This document shows positions 6,732-15,776 of a DNA stretch of 64,000 nt, one piece after another (positions within the stretch are counted from its first letter, which is position 1; each line of letters opens with the position of its first letter). The notes under the pieces are model-generated. The model saw only the letters and a program-made list of their open reading frames with translations. It made no database searches and was not told the origin of the DNA. Origin of the DNA: an uncultured Clostridiaceae bacterium (lineage in GTDB: Bacteria; Bacillota; Clostridia; TANB77; CAG-465); assembly GCA_964371585.1 (NCBI GenBank), contig CAYJMD010000003.1, positions 14,631 to 78,630 of the forward strand, written 5' to 3'. The position numbers and the translations under genes are program-made.

Positions 6732-8222
6732 CTAAGGCATACATATGTATGCAGTATTATCTTCAAATACAATTTCAATATTATCTAAATCTTCATTATC
6801 AAAATATTTACTATATACTTCTTTACTATCCATATCAGGTTTTTCTTCATATTCTTTAAGTAATGAATATATAGGGTTAAAATATTCCAACACCTCATCA
6901 AGAACTGAATCATTATAACTCGATACATAATGAATTACAGTTTGCTTCGAAATATAATTATCATCAACTATAATTTTAATATATTCGATATTAATATTCA
7001 TATCCTGCTCATATATTTCTATTTCATTTTTTATATAATTACTTTCCTCTTTATTAAACACATTTACACTGTAATCTAAATAATATGTATAAAATAATAT
7101 TAAAATTTCTACAACTACAATTATACTACCAATTAAAATTAAACGTTTACTCTTCATATCAATAGTAATAATTAAATAAATGTATATCATAGCTGGAATC
7201 ATTCCCAGAGTAAATGCCATCCTATTTGATAAAAGCCCAATATTTATAACACCAAACGCCCCAGTAAATATAAGAGCAACTGCAGATATTACGCAAATAT
7301 TATATATGAACTTTTTAAGTATAATATCACTCTCTCCATTTTTAGTAATATTTAAATATACTAAAATAGTAGATACAATTATATATGGAGATACTGTAAT
7401 TAACAAGACACCTATTGTATCAATAAGTTTTATAATTAGTGGTACAATTTCACTTAACTCTATATATCTATCTAATATTTCAAAACCAAGTAGAGGCATA
7501 ATTAAACTTACTATAAACGAAACAATTAAAGCTAATATATAAAAAAGACATGTATTCATTACTAATTTAAATGTATACTTTAAACTATCTTTAATACTAA
7601 ACTCATTCTTATCATTAATCCTATTTAAACTATCAAAAAATATTACTAAAACTGGTAGCATAGCTATAAATGTTTGATATGTTAATACAGAAAATATCAT
7701 TAAAATAGCTACAATAATATTTCTACCCTTAACATTATTAACATATACAATTGCAGCAATAAGAACAAGTAACATTGCTGCCATCATATTTATATTTTCA
7801 AGATATACTAAATTATCTGCTACATATCTATTTAAAAATAATGCTATAACTCCTAAAACAAGTCCATACTTTTTAATAGTACTTTCTTTTTGTGAAAGTA
7901 AATTATTATGTAGTAATCTTTTTTTCACTTCATTATAAAACAAGTACATAGCAATAACAAACAGTACTCCTGTAAGTATAACAAATATTCTATACAAAGT
8001 CATATACTCTAAATTTAAAGGTACTATAATTTCATACATTAAACCTTGGATTATCCTGTTATTTGGATATGCAAGTTCATCTTTAAACTCTTCCAACCCA
8101 TGTTTTTCAATACTATATCCATCGGCAGAATATACCCCAAATAAATATGGGGTACATACTACTATTACAGCTATAATAAACATGATTAACACTTTAAAAT
8201 CCATCTTAGTATTTATCTTCAT
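6732..8222 (-). CDS. large polytopic membrane protein with C-terminal soluble domain, function unknown
   Basis: 496 aa with many hydrophobic segments over the first ~370 aa. Start overlaps the pgi stop by 17 nt (GAGG SD). Confidence 0.6.
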   Translation of the reverse strand: MKINTKMDFKVLIMFIIAVIVVCTPYLFGVYSADGYSIEKHGLEEFKDELAYPNNRIIQGLMYEIIVPLNLEYMTLYRIFVILTGVLFVIAMYLFYNEVKKRLLHNNLLSQKESTIKKYGLVLGVIALFLNRYVADNLVYLENINMMAAMLLVLIAAIVYVNNVKGRNIIVAILMIFSVLTYQTFIAMLPVLVIFFDSLNRINDKNEFSIKDSLKYTFKLVMNTCLFYILALIVSFIVSLIMPLLGFEILDRYIELSEIVPLIIKLIDTIGVLLITVSPYIIVSTILVYLNITKNGESDIILKKFIYNICVISAVALIFTGAFGVINIGLLSNRMAFTLGMIPAMIYIYLIITIDMKSKRLILIGSIIVVVEILILFYTYYLDYSVNVFNKEESNYIKNEIEIYEQDMNINIEYIKIIVDDNYISKQTVIHYVSSYNDSVLDEVLEYFNPIYSLLKEYEEKPDMDSKEVYSKYFDNEDLDNIEIVFEDNTAYICMP

Positions 8223-9519
8223 TAAGTAACCTCATCATGTTGTTTTTATATTCTTCTACTCCTGGTTGATTAAATGGATTAACTCCTAAAATATATGCAC
8301 TCATAGCGCAAGCTTTTTCAAAAAAGTATATAAGTGATCCTACATTATATGCATCTAGCTCTTCTATATTAATCACCATACATGGCACATTACCATCTAT
8401 ATGAGCTTTAAGTGTTCCTAAAAAAGCTTTATTATTAATATCAGCTATACTTGTATTAGATAAGTAGTTAAGTCCATCTTCATTTATTTCTGTAAATGGA
8501 AGATTTATTAAACTTCTATCTTTCTTAATATTAATAATAGTTTCAAAAAAGTTTCTTTTACCATCTTGCATTAATTGTCCCATTGAATGTAAATCAGTAG
8601 TTAAACTAACAGATGCTGGAAAAATACCTTTACCATCTTTTCCTTCACTTTCACCAAATAATTGTTTATACCATTCTAAAAACATAGTCATACTTGGTTC
8701 ATATGAAGCCATAACCTCAATATCTTTACCTTTATTATGTAAAAGATTTCTAAATATTGCATATCTATAACAGTCATTTGTTTCCATATTATTTTCATTG
8801 TATACATATTGCGCAAATATTGCTCCATCTAGTATATCTCGTATATCAATACCTGCAACAGCCATAGGTAAAAGTCCTACAGGTGTTAGCACTGAATATC
8901 TTCCACCAACATTTCTTGGAATATCAAAAGTTACATAGTCATTCTTGCTTGCTATTTGCTTTAAAATACCGTCTCTAGAATCTGTTGTAACATATATTCT
9001 TTTACTTGCTTTTTCTCTTCCATATTTTTTTTCTAATAATATTTTAAGAGTTCTAAATGCAATAGCTGGCTCTAAAGTTCTTCCAGATTTAGATATAACA
9101 TTTATAGCAAAATCTTTGTCTGTTAAATATTCAATTAAATCTCTTAAATATTTACCACTCATATTGTTTCCAGCAAATAATATCTGTGGAGTTTTTCTAT
9201 CTGCTCTACTTTGAAGATTAGAAAACGAATTACTAAGCATATCTATAACAGCTTTAGCTCCAAGATATGATCCACCTATTCCTATAACAACAAAAACATC
9301 ACACTCTCTACCAATAACTTCTGCTGATTGCATAATTCTTTGTACTTCTTCATCTTTTATTTCGTTTGGATAATTAAACCAGCCAAGCATTTCACTACCA
9401 AGTCCTGTTTTTTTAGTAATAGCTTCATGTGCTAAACTTGCTTTTTCTTTTACACTCTCAAATTCTTCTTCTGTTATAAATGAACTTAATCCCTCAAAAT
9501 CCATTGAAATCTTATTCAT
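8206..9519 (-). CDS. pgi: glucose-6-phosphate isomerase
   Basis: GIGGSYLGAKAV and FGESEGKDGKGIFP motifs; 437 aa. Confidence 0.95.
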   Translation of the reverse strand: MNKISMDFEGLSSFITEEEFESVKEKASLAHEAITKKTGLGSEMLGWFNYPNEIKDEEVQRIMQSAEVIGRECDVFVVIGIGGSYLGAKAVIDMLSNSFSNLQSRADRKTPQILFAGNNMSGKYLRDLIEYLTDKDFAINVISKSGRTLEPAIAFRTLKILLEKKYGREKASKRIYVTTDSRDGILKQIASKNDYVTFDIPRNVGGRYSVLTPVGLLPMAVAGIDIRDILDGAIFAQYVYNENNMETNDCYRYAIFRNLLHNKGKDIEVMASYEPSMTMFLEWYKQLFGESEGKDGKGIFPASVSLTTDLHSMGQLMQDGKRNFFETIINIKKDRSLINLPFTEINEDGLNYLSNTSIADINNKAFLGTLKAHIDGNVPCMVINIEELDAYNVGSLIYFFEKACAMSAYILGVNPFNQPGVEEYKNNMMRLLNEDKY

Positions 9520-9616
9520 TATTATCCCCCCTCATTTTTAAATAAATTATATCATATATCTTTTTCGTTTTCAACACATATTTTTACTAATACTATTATC
9601 TAAAAATGTACTATAT

Positions 9617-11002
9617 TTAATCTAAATATATAAGGTTAAGTAGATTGCTAAAACATCTCATTGCATATTCTACTTCCTGAAATGTATTACCTGTTGCTCC
9701 ACATTCAAGGAGTAATGAATATTTATTCATATCTTGATTATATGTAGAGTCCCTTATTATCATAGGTCTAAATAATCCTGGATATATCTCTTCAGCTAAA
9801 AGTTGTATTTTTGTTGCTAAAGCTATATTGTTATTTGCATAAGGATTCATATTACTACTTGTTCCAATTCCAACAACAAACATAAGCTGTGCTACCTCTA
9901 CATCTCCTATTTTTACTTTTGGAGCAAAATTTAAATCTGCACTTGCATCTCTATGTACATCTATTATTGTTGAAAAACCTGAATGTGACTTTATTGCATT
10001 TTCAATTGTAATCCTACTTCTAGAATATGAACTGTTATATGTTGCATAATCATGTGGTGTTGTATCATGAATAACTTTAATATTATTTTCAAGTAAGTTT
10101 TCTTCAAGCATTTTTCCTGTTTTAAGTACATTATAGTTTGCATCTTGGCTTCTATATGTACCACTATATCCAAATGAATACCCTTCACTATTTGTATAAG
10201 ACTCTGATGTATGAGTACTATATAGCAATATCTTATCATTACTTTTAGCAAAATTTATTGTAGAAGCAAGACAAGTTTTAAAATCAATTTCTGTATAATG
10301 AGATGAATAATTATTAATTACTATATCTCCTATATTAATTTGTACTCTATTTGAAAGTACACTACTTGTTATAGGGATATCATTTGAATTATTAAATACT
10401 GTAACTCCAGACTCTTTAAGAGCTAAGCTATCTATATACTGCATATCAATATCAATACTCGCATCAAATATGATATTTGACGTATTTAGATCAGTATTAT
10501 CTGCTACATCTAAACTAGTAATTTCTTTTTCATTGAATACAGGATAGATATTCTTTATCATTGCATAATCAAAATCAACTACTTGCTGCTGATGTATGTT
10601 TGTAGCTAAATTTAATATTTTAACATCTATATTAAAATAACTAAAAATATTTACACATACAATGAGTGAAATAGTAAATATTATATAACTTTTTATATTA
10701 ATACTAAATAATTGTTTAAATACATCTACATTAAAACTGTTACTTGTTTTAGGCATATATATTTCTTTAAATTTAGTTAATTTTTCTTTAATACTAATTT
10801 TAGATTTTTTTAGTATATCTTGTCTACTAATAAAGCAATCTTTTTTTATATTATCTTTTTGAAAAACATTAAGCTTCGATACATTATTATCTGTTTTACT
10901 TAGCTTTAGTTTTAAACGACTTTTCTTATTTAAGTTTTCTATATCTTTAATTACATTATTTCTTTGTTTACTTCTATCAAAAAAAACAGTTGTAACTTTC
11001 AT
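9617..11002 (-). CDS. spoIIP: stage II sporulation protein P
   Basis: LLYSTHTSESY, IDVHRDA and LLECGATGNT motifs after an N-terminal TM segment. Confidence 0.85.
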   Translation of the reverse strand: MKVTTVFFDRSKQRNNVIKDIENLNKKSRLKLKLSKTDNNVSKLNVFQKDNIKKDCFISRQDILKKSKISIKEKLTKFKEIYMPKTSNSFNVDVFKQLFSINIKSYIIFTISLIVCVNIFSYFNIDVKILNLATNIHQQQVVDFDYAMIKNIYPVFNEKEITSLDVADNTDLNTSNIIFDASIDIDMQYIDSLALKESGVTVFNNSNDIPITSSVLSNRVQINIGDIVINNYSSHYTEIDFKTCLASTINFAKSNDKILLYSTHTSESYTNSEGYSFGYSGTYRSQDANYNVLKTGKMLEENLLENNIKVIHDTTPHDYATYNSSYSRSRITIENAIKSHSGFSTIIDVHRDASADLNFAPKVKIGDVEVAQLMFVVGIGTSSNMNPYANNNIALATKIQLLAEEIYPGLFRPMIIRDSTYNQDMNKYSLLLECGATGNTFQEVEYAMRCFSNLLNLIYLD

Positions 11003-11058
11003 GAAACACCTCTTTAGTTCATGTATATTACAACTGTTATATATTTATACCTTAAATA

Positions 11059-11475
11059 CTAATCAAGTAAACAATTTAAATCTTTACCATACTTGTCCAT
11101 CATGACAATAAGTTTTTCTTTTAAATCTATTACTTCTTTTTTCATATCTAATAATTTTTCTTTTTCCATTTCTATTAAATGTTCAATTCTTTCTCTTTCA
11201 GCTTCAGCTTCTATTCTAGCAACCTCAATTATCTTTTTAGATTGTTCTTCGGCAGTAATAAGAGCATTTGCCACCTTTTCTTGTCTTTCTAAATAATCAA
11301 TTTCATATCTTTCAAGTTTCTTTTTAACTATAGTAAGTTCGTTAGATAATCTACTTGAATCAGCTTTTTCTGCTCCAATTTTACTTTCATATTCAGCAAC
11401 AAGTCCTTTGATATATTCTTCAACATCTTCCTTGTTGTATCCAAACATTTCAGACGAAAACTTTTTATCCTCCAT
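11059..11475 (-). CDS. DivIVA-domain protein
   Basis: FGYNKEDVEEYI N-terminal DivIVA motif, then coiled-coil sequence. Confidence 0.75.
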   Translation of the reverse strand: MEDKKFSSEMFGYNKEDVEEYIKGLVAEYESKIGAEKADSSRLSNELTIVKKKLERYEIDYLERQEKVANALITAEEQSKKIIEVARIEAEAERERIEHLIEMEKEKLLDMKKEVIDLKEKLIVMMDKYGKDLNCLLD

Positions 11476-11558
11476 TTTGTACTACCTCCTTAAAGTTTGA
11501 TTATATTGTACAATATTTTATTACAAATTTCAAGTACATATTATTAATTATTTATAAA

Positions 11559-12158
11559 TTAGTACATTGTTATTATAATAGGAAATAGTATCTGCTCTAT
11601 TACACCAGTAAGTATAAGGATTGGAAATATTATTAAAAAATAACACATGTACACTATAAATTGTTTTAACTTTTTTGTTATAGCTATTTTTTCTATAATA
11701 AAATAATTAAATTCTATTGTTTTAACACCTAAAAACATTATACTCGGTATAAGCAATAAGTTAGGAATAATTACAATTAATAATATTGCAAGTAATCCTT
11801 TATCAAAACCAAGTATGCTTAAATACACACTTACTAAAATACCTAAAGCGTATCCTTTACAAAAATATATACCAAATAACAATATTGGTGATATTATCAT
11901 TAAAGATGATACCAAAAAAAATAAATATAATATTAAAATATTGAAAAAAGTATTGCTTAAAATAGGAATACTATCTATTCCTTCCGTAGATGCAATATTT
12001 AAAGTATCACTAAAAGAATTAATAAACTCATTTAAACTAATTTCATTTATATAATTAAAAGAAAGTATTCCTGTAGCAAGTCCTAGTAATACAAAGAACA
12101 TAAATACTTTTATACTCTGTTTGTTATCTTTAATAAAATTTATAATATATTTTTTCAT
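11559..12158 (-). CDS. spoIIM: stage II sporulation protein M-like membrane protein
   Basis: 199 aa with about 5 TM helices, in sporulation gene context. The family call is by size and topology only. Confidence 0.55.
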   Translation of the reverse strand: MKKYIINFIKDNKQSIKVFMFFVLLGLATGILSFNYINEISLNEFINSFSDTLNIASTEGIDSIPILSNTFFNILILYLFFLVSSLMIISPILLFGIYFCKGYALGILVSVYLSILGFDKGLLAILLIVIIPNLLLIPSIMFLGVKTIEFNYFIIEKIAITKKLKQFIVYMCYFLIIFPILILTGVIEQILFPIIITMY

Positions 12159-12238
12159 ATGTAATCACCTATAAGCAATATATGCTTAATTTAAGTTTAA
12201 ATTACATTAAATTTATTAGTCGACAAATGTTATATTTT

Positions 12239-12685
12239 TTATACATTATTATTCTTTATTGCCATAACAGCAAGTTCATCACATCTGTTATTGTATTCAT
12301 TATCACTATGACCTTTAACTTTAATAAATGTTATATCATGTATACTCATATGTTTTAATAACTCTTCCCATAATTCAATATTCTTAACTTTTTTCTTATC
12401 TGACTTTATCCAGTTATTTTTTTTCCAATTAACAAGCCATTTTTTTTCCACTGCATTTACCACATATGCACTATCACTATATATGTTAACTTTACAAGGA
12501 TATTTTAAAAGTTCTAACCCTTTTAAGACAGCCATTATTTCCATTTGATTGTTAGTAGTATCTTTATAAAAACCACTTATTTCTTTTTTTATATCTCCAT
12601 GCATAAGTATTGCACCATATCCACCTGGACCAGGATTACCACTACATGCTCCATCTGTATATATTTCTACTTTAGTTTTGTTCAT
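12239..12685 (-). CDS. rnhA: ribonuclease HI
   Basis: [35 protein letters not shown] and [14 protein letters not shown] motifs. Confidence 0.95.
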   Translation of the reverse strand: MNKTKVEIYTDGACSGNPGPGGYGAILMHGDIKKEISGFYKDTTNNQMEIMAVLKGLELLKYPCKVNIYSDSAYVVNAVEKKWLVNWKKNNWIKSDKKKVKNIELWEELLKHMSIHDITFIKVKGHSDNEYNNRCDELAVMAIKNNNV

Positions 12686-12804
12686 TGTATATCCTCCTTA
12701 AAACTTGAAAATTCAAGTATATTATGTTAAACTATTATATGTATTTGATTATATCATAATATTTATAATAGTCAAATTTAAAATATTAGAAAGAAGGTAG
12801 AATT

Positions 12805-14001
12805 TTGAAAGTTATTGGAATTATAGCAGAATACAATCCCATGCATAATGGTCATATCCATCAAATAAGGTTAGCAAAAGAAAAATATAGTGCTTCACAT
12901 GTAATTGTTATTATGTCTGGATCATTTACTCAAAACGGTAATATTTCATTACTTGATAAATATACTAAAGCATCAATATGTATAAAAAATGGTGCTGATT
13001 TAATTATAGAATTACCTACTATATATGCAACATCTTCTAGTGAAAATTTTGCCTATGGAGCGGTATCATTACTTAACAGTTTAAATATTGTAGATGAAAT
13101 ATTATTTGGAGCTGAGTGTAAAGATGTACAAATATTGGAAAATATTGCAAAAAAGTTGATAGATAACGAAAAACAAATAATTTCAGATATAGATTTAGAA
13201 GAAAAAAAATCAACATTTGCTAAAAACAGATCAGAAGTTCTAAAAAACTATTTAACTGCTGAAGAATATTTAGAAATATCTAAACCTAATAATATTTTAG
13301 GTATTGAATATATAAAAAACATAATAAAGTTAAACAGTAACATTAAATTTAATTCTATATCTAGAATAGATAATATTTCTAGTACTAAGATACGTGAAGC
13401 ACTTAAAAATAATGATTATACATATATTAAAGAAAATAGTGCTACAGATGTATATGAATATTTATCTAATATAGATATTTCAAAATTGTATACAGATAAT
13501 AATTATTTGAATAAATTATATATGCTTATAAGATATAAAATCATAACAACTTCTTTAGAAGACTTAAAAAACATATATGAAGTTGCTGAAGGATTAGAAA
13601 ATAAATTAAAAAAGGAAATAGTAAACTCTGCATCATATGAAGAATTCATTAGTAATATGAAATCTAAAAGATATACACTTGCTAGAATAAAAAGAATTCT
13701 TATTAATGTATTACTTGGCATAACAAAAGATTTTTACGATGATAATATTATTTTACCCAGTTATGCTCATATATTAAAATTTAGTGATGAAGGAGCTAAA
13801 ATTATATCCAATATTTCTAAAGCATCAAATACTATTTTAATCACTTCATATAAAGAAAACATGTTAAATAAAGTATTAAGTGATAATCTAGAAAAAAACA
13901 AAATAATTAATATGGTTGATTTAGATATACTTGCAACTAATATTCGTAGTACTATATTTAACTCAGACTTAAATATAGATTATACAAACCAAATAAAATA
14001 A
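12805..14001 (+). CDS. tmcAL: tRNA(Met) cytidine acetate ligase (YlbM/UPF0348 family nucleotidyltransferase)
   Basis: TTG start; IIAEYNPMHNGHIHQI N-terminal motif; 398 aa. Confidence 0.85.
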   Translation: MKVIGIIAEYNPMHNGHIHQIRLAKEKYSASHVIVIMSGSFTQNGNISLLDKYTKASICIKNGADLIIELPTIYATSSSENFAYGAVSLLNSLNIVDEILFGAECKDVQILENIAKKLIDNEKQIISDIDLEEKKSTFAKNRSEVLKNYLTAEEYLEISKPNNILGIEYIKNIIKLNSNIKFNSISRIDNISSTKIREALKNNDYTYIKENSATDVYEYLSNIDISKLYTDNNYLNKLYMLIRYKIITTSLEDLKNIYEVAEGLENKLKKEIVNSASYEEFISNMKSKRYTLARIKRILINVLLGITKDFYDDNIILPSYAHILKFSDEGAKIISNISKASNTILITSYKENMLNKVLSDNLEKNKIINMVDLDILATNIRSTIFNSDLNIDYTNQIK

Positions 14002-14005
14002 ATAA

Positions 14006-14042
14006 AAACTCAAATATCTGATATATTCAAATATTTGAGTTT
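14006..14042. terminator. bidirectional hairpin terminator
   Basis: AAACTCAAATAT-N13-ATATTTGAGTTT, between convergent genes. Confidence 0.75.
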
Positions 14043-14046
14043 TAAA

Positions 14047-14691
14047 TTAACCTATTTTTTCTAATGTAGAGATAAAGTATAAAATATTTTTAAACTCTTC
14101 CTCTGTTTTCAAAAATTCACAAACTAAGTAGTCGCCATCCACATTTTCCTCGGTTTTAAAATGATTTTTAGATATTTTAAGCATTATAATATCTTCTAAA
14201 AACATTATTACTATTTTCTTTTCATAAGTAAAAGTTTTATTTTTTTGAAATTTTTCCATATCATTTACTATAGTTGCAACATCCGAAAATGTAACATCTT
14301 TAAATTTTACTACTACATCTTCACCTAATAAAAAAAGTAAGTATATTACCACATTTTGAATTTCACACATGTTTATTAATGTGTTAAAAGTACTTTCAAA
14401 GTTTGCTGTAAATAATTTTTTTCTTATCTTATTTGACAGGGTATTTTTTTTATACTTTTTTATAAGTTCATTCCGTATTATAGTAGATGCATATGGCGGA
14501 AACTCTCCTTTTTTACTATCATAATAAATAGCTGCTTTTTTTAAATACTCAAGTGCAAGTTCAAGCAGTTGCCCTCTTTCTGAAATTTTACAATCAAATT
14601 CATTTACAATAGTTTTTAAAATCCAAGAATTATTTTTAACTAATTTGTTAATTTCTGCATCAGTTTTTTTAAATCCTTTTCTCTCAATCAT
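14047..14691 (-). CDS. protein with sigma-70 region-2-like N-terminal domain and unrecognised C-terminal half
   Basis: AGGAGG SD. LLELALEYLKKAAIYYDSKKGEFPPYASTIIRNELIKKYKK resembles sigma region 2. No region-4 HTH is recognisable in residues 90-214. Confidence 0.45.
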   Translation of the reverse strand: MIERKGFKKTDAEINKLVKNNSWILKTIVNEFDCKISERGQLLELALEYLKKAAIYYDSKKGEFPPYASTIIRNELIKKYKKNTLSNKIRKKLFTANFESTFNTLINMCEIQNVVIYLLFLLGEDVVVKFKDVTFSDVATIVNDMEKFQKNKTFTYEKKIVIMFLEDIIMLKISKNHFKTEENVDGDYLVCEFLKTEEEFKNILYFISTLEKIG

Positions 14692-14739
14692 AACTACCTC
14701 CTAATTATATTTGGTTTTAGTTTTATTTTTACCTATTAC

Positions 14740-14767
14740 ATTATATCATAAATATTTTTTTTGTCAA
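14740..14767 (-). promoter_or_regulatory. near-consensus sigma-A promoter
   Basis: Minus strand reads TTGACA-16 nt-TATAAT with a TGa extended -10. Confidence 0.7.
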
Positions 14768-14807
14768 CCTAACAGACTAATATCACTATTAACATTAGTA
14801 TATAAAA

Positions 14808-14836
14808 ATAGAGTACACTACTAAAGTATACTCTAT
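14808..14836 (-). terminator. hairpin terminator overlapping the stop of the RHH gene
   Basis: ATAGAGTA-N13-TACTCTAT, flanked by A/T runs. Confidence 0.55.
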
Positions 14837-15201
14837 TTTTTTATATTTTCATCTTCTATTGCATTATATATTGCAATATTAATAAGTCTAGTCATTGATA
14901 TTTTATATTTTTCTTTTAATTTTTCAAGTTTAGTTATATATGATTTAGGGATCAGATATGTTCTATCTATTCTATTTTCTTTATATTTTGTTGTATATAA
15001 TTTTACATTTTCAGTTTCAATAAGTTCTTTTATCGCTATAGTTACTAATTTATTTATAGAAACATCATATATATTATCTGATAAAAATTTTAATTTATCA
15101 TACATAACATCATCTACAGAAAATGTTTTTCTAATTATTTCATTTTCGCCTGATACTTTTTTAACTTCATTTTTTCTAGGTAATTTGCTAAAAGTTAACA
15201 T
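14833..15201 (-). CDS. tandem ribbon-helix-helix (CopG/Arc-like) protein
   Basis: AGAGGTG SD. Two homologous halves: RKTFSVDDVMYDKLKFLSDNIYDVSINKLVTIAIKELIETENVK and RTYLIPKSYITKLEKLKEKYKISMTRLINIAIYNAIEDENIK. Confidence 0.55.
   Translation of the reverse strand: MLTFSKLPRKNEVKKVSGENEIIRKTFSVDDVMYDKLKFLSDNIYDVSINKLVTIAIKELIETENVKLYTTKYKENRIDRTYLIPKSYITKLEKLKEKYKISMTRLINIAIYNAIEDENIKK
14836..15132 (-). repeat. internal duplication encoding the two RHH-like halves
   Basis: Halves at about 14995-15132 and 14836-14970; the alignment is read from the translated sequence. Confidence 0.6.
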
Positions 15202-15259
15202 ATTTCTACACCTCTTGAATTATTATATCATTTTTAGCAAGTATTTGTAACAACACTTT

Positions 15260-15282
15260 AAGTAACATATTTTAAGTTACTT
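15260..15282. promoter_or_regulatory. inverted repeat between divergent promoters (candidate operator)
   Basis: AAGTAAC-N9-GTTACTT lies between the minus-strand -35 (15245-15250) and the plus-strand -35 (15285-15290). Confidence 0.4.
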
Positions 15283-15284
15283 TG

Positions 15285-15313
15285 TTGACTTTAAATATAT
15301 TATGTGTTAAAAT
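15285..15313 (+). promoter_or_regulatory. sigma-A type promoter
   Basis: TTGACT-17 nt-TAAAAT with a TGt extended -10. Confidence 0.6.
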
Positions 15314-15339
15314 ATACACAAAGATAGATGAGGTGTTTT

Positions 15340-15738
15340 ATGAATATACCAAATAAAATAAAAGATTTTTTAAGTACTAGTGCTGAAAAAAACAACAGTA
15401 TTATACTAGTTACTAGTTTAGACAAAATAATATTTAATTCAGTAGAAAACTCAAAAGAAGATTCTACATTATTACCTAAAAATATACAAGAACTTTTCAA
15501 AACAATGATTTCTTCAAATGAAGTTGTTAAAGTATTTAATACATATAAGTATCCTGTTTTAAAAGATGATATGGAAATAAAAAATGAAGTAATAATGCTT
15601 ATCTTAAATAATAATGAAGTAATAGGATCACTAATTGTACTAAATCATACACTTGATTTTGAAGTATCAAACTTTGCTTTTACTTCTACTATTTTAAATA
15701 CTTTGAAAACAGTACTTAAAAAAACTCAAACCGACTAA
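15340..15738 (+). CDS. hypothetical protein
   Basis: 132 aa from ATG 15340 (GAGGTG SD). No family recognised. Confidence 0.55.
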   Translation: MNIPNKIKDFLSTSAEKNNSIILVTSLDKIIFNSVENSKEDSTLLPKNIQELFKTMISSNEVVKVFNTYKYPVLKDDMEIKNEVIMLILNNNEVIGSLIVLNHTLDFEVSNFAFTSTILNTLKTVLKKTQTD

Positions 15739-15776
15739 TAATAAAGTACCATACATTAATGTGTATGGTACTTTAT

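Noticed and set aside
6732-8222. Considered calling the 496-aa polytopic membrane protein a VirB6 analogue or a GT-C glycosyltransferase.
   Set aside because: It has no diagnostic motif visible by eye. It overlaps the pgi stop (likely co-transcribed) and is separated from the T4SS-like genes by a terminator and two other genes. Left as unknown.
9991-10251. 86-aa same-strand ORF inside spoIIP in another frame.
   Set aside because: It is fully embedded in a gene with strong SpoIIP motifs in the main frame. It has no SD and an implausible composition.
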